From positions 346,212-410,211 of the forward strand of contig JAAOMT010000175.1 in the NCBI GenBank assembly GCA_016748015.1: a stretch of 64,000 nucleotides of DNA. The letters are read 5' to 3'. A model generated the notes under the pieces. The model worked only from the letters and a program-made list of their open reading frames with translations, was not told the origin of the DNA and ran no database searches. This document shows positions 1-10,789 of the stretch, one piece after another; positions within the stretch are counted from its first letter, which is position 1; each line of letters opens with the position of its first letter. This DNA is from Geosiphon pyriformis uo1 (taxonomy: Eukaryota; Fungi; Glomeromycota). A program made the position numbers and the translations under genes.

Positions 1-848
1 GCTGCTTTTGAAAAGAGTTCAAATGCTTTTTCCTGATCTTTCGTTGTCCCCAATCCATAGTGATAGCAGCATCCAAGTTCATATTGTGCATATAAATTTC
101 CCTCCTCTGCTGCTTCTGAAAAGAGTTCAAATGCTTTTTCATGATTTTTCGTTGTTCCCAAACCATATTGATAACGGAATCCAAGAATTAATTGTGCATC
201 TATATCTTCCGGGTTTGATTCTATTGAAAATCGTATAGATTCTTTTTCTAGATTTTTCGTTGTTCCCAAACCATATTGAAAATGGAATTTAACGCGATGA
301 TCAAGATTGAATTGTGATTCTGTTTCTGCCGCTTTTGAAAAGAGTTCCCATGACTTTGTCTAGATTTTTCGTTGTTCCCAATCCATCTCGATAACAAAGT
401 GCAAGTTCATATTGTGCATTTGAACTGTTAGCTTCTGCTGATTCTGAATAGAGTTCAAATGCTTTTCCTTTATCTTGTAAAGTACCAATACCATTTATCA
501 TAACAATAACCCAAAAAAATATTTTCCAAAAGAAATCTTTTAGATTTGCTGCTTTTTTGAAATTCTAAAAATGCTTGTCCTAAATTGGGAATAGTTCCAA
601 TCCCATGCTCTAAAGAAAAGCCAAGTAAAACATAGTCTATCGAACGCTTTATGGTTTTTTTTATTTAAGTAATAGAAAAATTCTTTAGATGTTTTTTAAT
701 TGTATTCAAGATATTTTTTCACCAAGTCAGCAACTTTTGAATAATTATGATCAGGAAAAATAGCCAAGCCTTCTTTAATGACAATAAATGCTCCTTCAAG
801 CCAGTCGGAAGGTAAAGTTATTTTTTGAATTGATAAAGTTGAAGACAC
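1..848 (-). pseudogene. 5' part of a paralog of the Sel1-repeat kinase, inverted, with a short repeat array; runs off the window's left edge
   Basis: Reverse complement of 1-~365 matches ~7340-7703, and of ~365-830 matches ~4850-5305. It has several +1 indels relative to the + strand copy (near 347, 513-519, 534, 655-662), and its start reads cagtg where the + copy has catg. Some of these may be assembly errors. Confidence 0.8.
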
Positions 849-1744
849 TGTTTTCAAACAATAAAGAAATTAAGAAACGTAAAGATTTTGTATGAGGAAA
901 GAAGGAATTTTTTTAAGAATTTACTTTTTAATAAATAAAAAATTCAACTTAAATTACATTGGCGAAAAGGCTAAGCCTTAAACCTTAGAATATGAAAGAA
1001 ATTTCTAAAATAGACGCCTACTTCATAAAGCCTATATTACCTTTTTGAAATTGTTTAAAAGGATATAGTCTAGTTTTAATAACTCTAAAGTGCATAATCT
1101 AATTTTAGCATTCGCCTTTTACAATAATAGTTTTGTTTAGAAAAATCCAATTTAATACAAAATTTTTCACATGTGACAATTTTTATAATCAATAGGACGC
1201 AGAGAAACCTTAATATATATTCTATAACATTTGTGAAATAATTTTTTTTTAATTTTTATAAATTTAAGATTTATTTTCTAAACTAATATCTAATAATTTT
1301 TTTAAACCATTTTGAATGTAACAAAACAGATCAAATAATTTATTAATAATATTTTTATTAACTAAAATATTTGAAGATGATTTTATTCAAATTCAATTCT
1401 TATATCAATCAATCAATCAACCCACTCATGGGAAAAAATTGAAATGATTTCTTTTCTTAAATTTTCAAATTGAAATATTTTAAGTCTCACATGATCAATA
1501 ACCTGAAAATGTTTCGATTTAAAATCAAAAAAATCAAAAAATTTTACTTGAAATAATTTTAAATCATCATCATCTGAAGTATCGTCATTTCAAAATATGG
1601 TCCTCGATGTATAAAATCACCTGCTATATTATTTATTGGTTGGGCAGTATTGTATTCCTTCAAGTCAATTATTGTTCTCGAACTTATTAACATGTATTTA
1701 TTTATCTAATCAAATAAAATAAAATAAAATAAAATAAAATACCA

Positions 1745-2850
1745 ACCTCATTTTCTCCAGACATGACTCTATTCGGAAAATAAGTTTCAAAAACTTTCTT
1801 ATGCTGTTGCCAACTTTCTGGGTTATAGTCAAAACCCATATATTTATAGGATGAATATTTTCATTATTTTCCTCTGTTGAACATTCACATGGAAAAATCT
1901 AATACTCTGTTTCAAAAGGTTATTTTCAACCTCACGTAGTGAAAAATGTGGGACATGATTGTTAAAATAGGTGATTTATCAAATTTTCAATATTTTGTTA
2001 ACCATTTGAGTAAAGACAAAACATTACCAACCCTCGGAGCACTAAAAGTAATGGTGCTGAGTTTCAAGATAGAAAATTTAATATTAGAAGTAAAACTGGT
2101 ATTATTGATTCAAATTGAATCAATTCTCCATCTCAATGAAGCGATTTTTGCATAAGGTATTAGATTTTTTTGGTGAAATAATTTTTTTTTGAGTTTTTAG
2201 AAGGTTTTCATTTCAAAAAATACCACTACCGATTGTATGCTCAGTAAAAAAAATGGTTCAAATAGGTCTTTTATTTTTTGGCCAGGCAAGTAGTGATGCA
2301 GTGATTCAAGAATAAAATTACATAGCTCTGAATGAATAGCCAAAAAATTTGTTTGCAAATCTTCCTCAACCTATTGGGTTTGAATTTTTCCATTCCATAT
2401 GTTCTTTGCTTAGTGTTTCGAGTTGCCCATTGATTTTTTGTCAACTCAGGTCCTTTGATCAATGAGAATAATTTTAAGGCAGAGTTTCTGATTTCTTGAT
2501 GATAAAAAATTTGAGTTATATAATTTTTGTTAACCTTTTAATTTACAATTAATCATCTGGTGGATTCTTTTATATTTATTAACTTCAGATAGAATAACAA
2601 AAATAATTAAATCAGGCTTTTAAATTCTCAAGTTTAAATAAAGATTGAAACTTTTTAAATGGTTACTAGGAACAATTGCCCCCAATAATTTTATTTTCTT
2701 TGCAATTAATTTGATTCAATTCATGAAAGAACTTTATATCCTGTTTGAGATCAATCAATCGCTTTAATGTTTGATTCAATTTACGATTATTCAAGATAGA
2801 TGAATTTAATTTTTGATTTAAATTATGACGTAAGATAGCCTCCTCCATGA
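1745..2850 (-). pseudogene. Possible decayed protein-coding remnant of unknown family
   Basis: Short ORF fragments (2666-2848, 2271-2462), a coding-like stretch KYMGFDYNPESWQQHKKVFETYFPNRVMSGENE ending at a GT donor near 1745, and many stops. No motif recognised. Confidence 0.25.
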
Positions 2851-3863
2851 TGAAAGCGGTATTTTTAAGGACCGATGAGTTTGGAGTTTTGGGAAATATT
2901 TAGATAAAATGAACAAACTTTGATATATAATAAAATTAAAAGAGAACATAAGATTATGATTAACAATGAATTATTTGTAGCTAAAATTTTATAAATTTTC
3001 AAATTATTGAAGACTCCAAACCCAAAAAATAAAACTTTATAGGTTCAAAAGTTTCGATGTTTAATTGGTATTCCAAATAAAGACCTCATTTCTTAAAAGT
3101 TTTTTGATACTCTTTTTCCAACAGAACAATTGAACTGATTTAAACAATCAATAATTAGTAAGCATTATGTTTCTTTGTTTTTTTTGGATAAAGAATTTTT
3201 ATTTCATACTTTCACTGAAATTGAGATCATATTTCCCCTTATTGCAACCACAATACTTTGCATATATATAAATTTGTACCTAAGTAGAAAAAAGTTTATT
3301 TAAATTTATATCTCAAGAATATTTTAATATTTAAAATATTGTCTTACCTTTAATTCACATTTTTCATAAAATATAATTTGCAAATTTGAAAATCGCTTTC
3401 CAAAAAACCATAAACTACTTGAACTTTATTGGTTAAACTAAAAATCTTATTAAAATCTTATTTGATATATTAATTCAAATCTTTTCTTGTTATACTTTTT
3501 AAAAAATATATCTAACCTAGAAAAATATGCTTATTCCAAGTAAAATATAAAATTAAAACATATATTAATTTCGACCTCAATTTTGTATTAAAGCTAGAGG
3601 ATACGCAATTTTTGAAGAGTAATTAAATTGTAAATTCATGCTAAATATGCATTAATAGTTTTAATCAGATAAATATTCATTTTATTTACAATGCCACATT
3701 CGAACAAAAACATAAATAGTTGTGAAAAACAAAAAAAACTCTCAATCTCAGTTTATAATTCTTTGAAATTCAACTTAAAAGTTTAAATCATTTTTAAGAA
3801 ATAGTAAAAATTATATAAATAAATAAATTTATATTATTGTGAAAAATTTTGGGTACTTGACCA

Positions 3864-3950
3864 CGCGTAGTTTGTTGGGCGATCCACATCTAACGTACGA
3901 TAATTGCGTTGTACGAAAATAGTTGGTGGCTGGATTACACCGGATATGCG
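3864..3950 (+). ncRNA. Candidate structured RNA (long imperfect hairpin), family unknown
   Basis: GC/CpG-rich island in AT-rich flanks. Nested helices: CGCGTA/TATGCG, TTTG/CGGA, GATCCA/TGGATT, CATC-AAC/GTT-GGTG, GTACGA/TTGTAC. Confidence 0.35.
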
Positions 3951-4845
3951 AAAAAAATATTTTTTATTTTAATAAAATTTACAAATAAAACAATAATATT
4001 AATTATTATTAAATTAATTTTTTTTACAAATTATTTTTATATTTTTATATAAATATTGACTATTAAAAAATATTAATATATAACAACAGACATTTAAAAA
4101 AGTTGAAGATTCAACCGAAAAAATTGTTATGAATAAAAAATATTTATTAACCATTAATATGCTTGTCATTTGTTTTCTTTATCATTTGTTTTGGTTATTC
4201 TAAAAAAAAAATGCTTTTCTATATTCTAAAAGTAAGAAATTAAAGAAGCTAAATGACTTTTAAACATTACAATGCGCAATTATTATTGCTTCTTTACTAT
4301 GAATTTTACTTCGAAAAATAAAATAAAATAAAATAATTTTTTTATGCGTGCATTATCTTCAAAGTTTCTGATATCTTTAGACGTTAGTTTCTCATAAAAG
4401 TTTATCCGCATCGATTTTTTAAAAAAAAGATATTTTTGGGTTAATGAATATCATCTACATCTAGATTTCGTTAAAAAACAGAAAATCATAAAAAAGAAAT
4501 TTATCAATGAATTTATAAAACCTGTTTTACGCAGCCAACTTTATTATTTTCCTATTACTTTTGAAGCTCCCAAAGATGGGGCTATTGGTTTTAATTTAAT
4601 TTGAAAACAGCAATAAGACCTTTTGCGCCTCTATCCATTAAGCAATATCAAAAAGGCAATCTAGCTTTTATGAAGAATGTTTATTTAGAACTTTCTTTCA
4701 TATACTCAAGTTTAAAGCCTAGGCTTTTTGGGCATTGTGATTTAGGTCGAATTATGTATTTATTAAGAAAGTAAACTCCTAATAAACGCTTTATTTCCTC
4801 CAACAAAATATTTAAGTTTATTAATTTCTTTATTCTTTGAAAGTC

Positions 4846-7800
4846 ATGTCTTCAACTTCATCTCCCGACTGGCTTGAAGGAGCATTTATTGTCATTAAAG
4901 AAGGCTTGGCTATTTTTCCTGATCATGATTATTCAAAAGTTGCTGACTTGGTGAAAAAATATCTTGAACACAATCAAAAAACACCTAAAGATTTTTTCTA
5001 TTACTTAAATAAAAAAACCATAAAGCGTTCGATAGACTATGTTTTACTTGGCTTTTCTTTCGAGCATGGGATTGGAACTGTTCCCAATTTAGAACACGCA
5101 TTTTTAGAATTTCAAAAAGCAGCAAATCCAAAAGATTCTTTTGGAAAATATTTTTTGGGTTATTGTTATGATAAATGGTATTGGTACTTTACAAGATAAA
5201 GGAAAAGCATTTGAACTCTATTCAGAAGCAGCAGAAGCTAACAGTTCAAATGCACAATATGAACTTGCCCTTTGTTATCGAGATGGATTGGGAACAACGA
5301 AAAATCATGAAAAAGCATTTGAACTCTTTTCAAAAGCAGCAGAGGGTGCAAATGCAGAATATAATCTTGCACTTTGTTATCAAAATGGATTGGAAATCAA
5401 GAAAATTTTTTTAAAAGCATTTGAACTCTTTTCAAAAGTAGCAGAGGCGGCAAATTTAAATGCACAATATGAACTTGCTCTTTGTTATCGAGATGGATTG
5501 GGAACAACGAAAAATCAGGAAAAGGCATTTGAACTCTTTACAAAAACAGCAGAGGCGGAAAATTCAGATGCACACTACGAACTTGGACGCTGTTATCGAG
5601 ATGGATTGGGAACAACGAAAAATCAGGAAAAGGCATTTGAACTCTTTTTAAAAGCAGCAGAGGCGAACAATTCAAATGCACAAAATAAACTTGGATGGTG
5701 TTATCAATATGGATTAGGAATAATGAAAAATCTTGAAAAAGCATTTAAACTCTATTCAAAAGCAGCAGAAAAGGGACATGCAAATGCAGAATATAATCTT
5801 GCACTTTGTTATCAAAATGGATTGGGAACAACGAAAAATCAGGAAAAGGCATTTGAACTCTTTTCAAAAGCAGCAAAGGCGGGACGTTTATATGTACAAT
5901 ATGAACTTGGATGCTGCTATCACTATGGATTGGGGACAACGAAAGATCAGGAAAAAGCATTTGAACTCTTTTTAAAAGCAGCAGAGGCAAACGATTCAAA
6001 TGTACAAAATAAACTTAGATGCTGTTATCACTATGTACTGGGAATAACCAAAATTTTTGAAAAGGTATTTGAATTCTATTCAAAAGCAGCAGAAAAGGGA
6101 CATGCAAATGCAGAATATAATCTTGCACTTTGTTATCAAAATGGATTGGGAACAACGAAAAATCAGGAAAAAGCATTTGAACTCTTTTCAAAAGCAGCAG
6201 AGGCGGGACGTTTATATGCACAATATGAACTTGGATGCTGCTATCACTATGGATTGCGGACAACGAAAGATCAGGAAAAAGCATTTGAACTCTTTTCAAA
6301 AGCAGCAGAGGCAAACGATTCAAATGTACAAAATAAACTTGGATGCTGTTATCACTATGGATTGGGAATAACCAAAAATCTTGAAAAGGTATTTGAATTC
6401 TATTCAAAAGCAGTGGAGGAGGGACATGCAAATGCAGAATATAATCTTGCACTTTTTTATCAAAATGGATTGGGAACAAAGAAAAATTTTTTAAAAGCAT
6501 TTGAATTCTTTACAAAAGCAGTAGAGGTGGGAAATTTAAATGCACAATATGAACTTGGATGCTGTTATCACTATGGATTGGGAACAACGAGAAATCTTGG
6601 AAAAGCATTTGAACTCTTTTCAAAAGCAGCAGAGGCAGGAAATTTAAATGCACAATATGAACTTGGATTCTGTTATCATTATGGATTGGGAACAACGAAA
6701 AATCATGAAAAATCATTTGAACTCTTTTCAAAAGCAGCAGAAGCGGGACTTTTATATGCACAATATGAACTTGGATGCTGCTATCACTATGGATTGGGGA
6801 CAACGAAAGATCAGGAAAAAGCATTTGAACTCTTTTCAAAAGCAGCAGAGGCAGGAAATTTGGACGCACAATACAAACTTGGATGCTGTCATCAATATGG
6901 ATTGGGAACAACGAGAAATTTCGAAAAAGCATTTGAAACCTTTTTAAAAGCAGCGGAGGCGGGAAATTTAAATTCACAATATGAAGTTGGATGCTGTTAT
7001 CAACATGGATTGGGAATAACGAAAAATTTTTCAAAAGCATTGGATTTCTTTTTCAAAGCAGCACAGGCGGGAATTTTAAATGCACAATATGAACTTACAA
7101 GTTATGAAATCATATTGGAAGGAAACATTGAAAAACCATTTGAACACTTTTTAAAAGCAGCAGAGGCGGGAAATGTAAATACACAATATGAACTTGGATG
7201 CTGTTATGACTATGGATTGGGAATAACGGAAAATCAGGAAAAAGCATTTAAACTCTATTTAAAAGCAGCAGAAAAGGGACATGCAAATGCAAAATATAAT
7301 CTTGCAGTTTGTTATCGAGATGGATTGGGAACAACGAAAAATCTAGAGAAAGCATGGGAACTCTATTCAGAAGCGGCAGAAACAGAATCACAATTCGATC
7401 TTGATCATCGCGTTAAATTCCATTTTCAATATGGTTTGGGAGCAACGAAAAATCTAGAAAAAGAATCTATACGATTTTCAATAGAATCAAACCCGGAAGA
7501 TATAGATGCACAATTAATTCTTGGATTCCGTTATCAATATGGTTTGGGAACAACGAAAAATCATGAAAAAGCATTTGAACTCTTTTCAGAAGCAGCAGAG
7601 GAGGGAAATTTATATGCACAATATGAACTTGGATGCTGCTATCACTATGGATTGGGGACAACGAAAGATCAGGAAAAAGCATTTGAACTCTTTTCAAAAG
7701 CAGCAAAGGCGGGAGATTTAGATGCACAATTTAATCTTGGACTTTGTTATGAAAATGGATGGGGAATAACAAAAAATCAGGCAAAAGCATTTGAGCTCTA

Positions 7801-9405
7801 TTCAAAATTAGCAAAAAATTCAGTATGGCGAAGTGAATACTTGAAACGTTTCAATTTAATATTTCAAAATCGAAGTTTTAATTCCATTGAACAATTTTTA
7901 AGTTTTGAAACTGTCTTAGACCAGCTTACAGATGAATTCAAGTGTCTTAAATGTGGCAACTCGAGCATAATGTTTCCTAGTTCCACTATTTGTCTATTTT
8001 GTGACGCTAATAATATCCTTAACGCCGACTTGTCCAAATGTCCAGAATGCTGCTGCCCATTAAAAGATCCTTTTTGGTGTGTATCTTGTGAATCATTCCG
8101 ATTTTCAAGGACTTGGGGAACATGGACTAGTGGAAATTCAAATGTTGATCAGTACATAGAATACACACAACGAATTTCTGAAAGCCGCAGGGGCTGCCTG
8201 GAATGGATTTCTCCCGATGTGATCAGATTTTTAGATGTTGTGGGAGAGGGAGGATTTAGTGTTGTAAAAAAGGGTACATGGGAGGGAGGTAAAATTCTTT
8301 TTTGGGATAAGAAAAATCAAAAGCATAAACGAAGTGAAGTTACGAAAGTTGCTTTGAAATGTCTTAAAAATAGCCAAAGCATGGAATATGTCAATCCAAG
8401 TGAGGTATTTACTTTTAAAAAATTTCCGTGATTATATAATTCTTTTTCTTTTTCTTTTTCTTTTTCTAATAGTAGAAAATGACTTGAAATAGTTTATTGC
8501 GCATCTCAACTGTGCCTCTTGCAAATACATCCTTGAATGCTATGGAATCACAAAAGACGTTAAAACCAATGAATTTATTATGGTCTTACCATTTGCAGAA
8601 CACGGGGATCTCAGAGCTTTTCTTGAGGTTAACAAAGACACTATTAGTTGGGGCACATTTCTTGATATTCTTTTTCAAATCGCTAGTGGCTTAAGATTTA
8701 TACATGGCTCAAACCTGGTGCATGGGGACTTACATCCTGGGAATATCCTTATTTTGAAATCTAACCCATTAAAAGTTGTTATTTCTGATCTTGGATTCTG
8801 TCGCCCTGCCAATTATTCTCCACAATCTGACAGAATTTATGGTATGGTTCAATACCTAGCGCCAGAAATTTGTAACTCATCCCCTCATACTAAGTATAGC
8901 GATATCTACAGTTTCGCTATCATTACCTGGGAAATTATTTCAGGAGAAAGACCTTAGAATGATGTTGAAAATCGTATGTACATTCAATTAGATATAATTC
9001 AGGGAAAGCGCCCCATAATCGAAAAGCATACACCACAATGTATTCAGGAAATGATTCAAAAAAATTGGCATGATAATCCATATTGGCGTGATAGCGCAGA
9101 AGAACTTCAACAAAGAGTTATTGCTTCCCGCGATAATTGTAATTTAAATGAACCTGCCCGAGCAAAAAGAGTTAATTCCGAAGCGATACAAGGTGTTAAA
9201 TGTAATACAGAAAGATATAATTGATGAATTATAAGTGATCTGATTGGAGATAGTCATAATTTTTATTAAATAGAAATTAACTACTTAAGTTCTGATGAGA
9301 CCAACGAAATCGGTAAGAATCTTAAATCTTTTTAAACGAAGATATAAATTATTTTTATTAATATTAACTATAAAATGGTTTCAAATAGATGAAGACTTCG
9401 AGTGA
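4846..9405 (+). CDS. Sel1-like repeat (~26 repeats) + Cys-rich segment + tyrosine-kinase-like protein kinase; interrupted by a +1 frameshift (~5173) and an in-frame TAG (8955-8957)
   Basis: 36-aa repeats AQYELGCCYxxGLGTTKNxEKAFELFSKAAEAG; four CxxC motifs (CLKC, CLFC, CPEC, CVSC); kinase motifs GEGGFS, VALK, HGDLHPGN, DLG, APE, DIYSF. GT-AG intron 8405-8492 and two probable small 3' exons ending at TGA 9403-9405. Confidence 0.88.
5245..7815 (+). repeat. 108-bp coding tandem repeat array (Sel1) with a 324-bp three-unit higher-order repeat at ~5665-6530
   Basis: Recurring ggattgggaacaacgaaaaat...aaagcatttgaactcttttcaaaagcagcagag at 108-bp spacing; A-B-C-A-B-C-A-B unit order in the translation. 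Confidence 0.95.
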
Positions 9406-10461
9406 AACATTAGTTCTTTATTTATAATAAGAAATATAACCATAACCTGTCATCGATAATTTTTCTTATCCTTTTTTTTTTTGGTTAAAAAATAATTCAA
9501 AGTGTGAAATCTTATTTTACATGTTAACACATTTTAAAGGCTTTATTTTCGGATTATAGTTAAAATTGTTTATCCTTATATTTCTTTAGAGAATTGAATT
9601 ATTACCACTTTATAAAAAGTATCTTCATTTCTTTTATACATGCTTCGATCCAATTCTCATGAAGTAAAGGAATGTCTGGTATTAAGCCTAGCACTATTTT
9701 TTAGCATCTTGCAACTATTTAAATTTTGATTCCATTGAAAAAAAAGCAAATAATATCATATATAATAGGTATTTTTCCTTCGTTGGACACGAATCTGGTG
9801 GAGTTAAAAAGGTTTAAAAATTAGAAAACTCATTTCCTAAATATATTTTTTATATTGGGAACTCCCCACATAGGAACCAAACAATTTATAAAATTTATTG
9901 AAAAAATATTCGTGACTAAACAAACAACATTTGGCAAAAACAGACTTTAATTAAATTTATGTTTCAAGAATGTTTTTAATATTTTATATTATCTTACTTA
10001 TAATTCATGTTTTTTATAAAATGTAATCTGCAATATGATAAATCGCTTTCCGAAAAGACGATAACTACATATATAGGACCATAATATTTTTAGATGTTAT
10101 TTTGAAATTATGTAATTATGTAATTATGTATTTGAATATTTAAACAATAAATAAATATTACTATTTTGAACTTTTTCATAAGAAAGCAATAATGGTTATA
10201 AAATTTATTGAACAAAATTAAAAAAGTTATTTTAAGTTTTTTGTCAACTGATAATAATTAATATTGCTTAAAAAAATGTCAAAAAACATAATATTTAAAT
10301 ATATCTTTCGAAAATCTAAATTATTGGTATTTTGTTTTTTAGAATCGTTTTTTATTTTACCTAAATTTAATTATTAATTTAATCAAGATTAAAAAGAATA
10401 ATTTTGTATATAAAAAAGCTAATTATTAAAAATTGTCTTTAAATTACAAAAGCTAAATTTT

Positions 10462-10481
10462 NNNNNNNNNNNNNNNNNNNN
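10462..10481. other. Assembly gap (20 N) flanked by an identical 309-bp duplication
   Basis: 10153-10461 is repeated exactly at 10482-10790. Confidence 0.95.
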
Positions 10482-10789
10482 AAATATTACTATTTTGAAC
10501 TTTTTCATAAGAAAGCAATAATGGTTATAAAATTTATTGAACAAAATTAAAAAAGTTATTTTAAGTTTTTTGTCAACTGATAATAATTAATATTGCTTAA
10601 AAAAATGTCAAAAAACATAATATTTAAATATATCTTTCGAAAATCTAAATTATTGGTATTTTGTTTTTTAGAATCGTTTTTTATTTTACCTAAATTTAAT
10701 TATTAATTTAATCAAGATTAAAAAGAATAATTTTGTATATAAAAAAGCTAATTATTAAAAATTGTCTTTAAATTACAAAAGCTAAATTT

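Noticed and set aside
5175-7727. Numerous alternative-frame and antisense ORFs over the Sel1 array
   Set aside because: Shadow ORFs produced by the 108-bp periodicity.
9270-9325. Hammerhead-ribozyme-like core CTGATGA-gaccaac-GAAA
   Set aside because: Stem III cannot form beyond about 2 bp, and the sequence is explained as a small coding exon (SSDETNEI) of the kinase.
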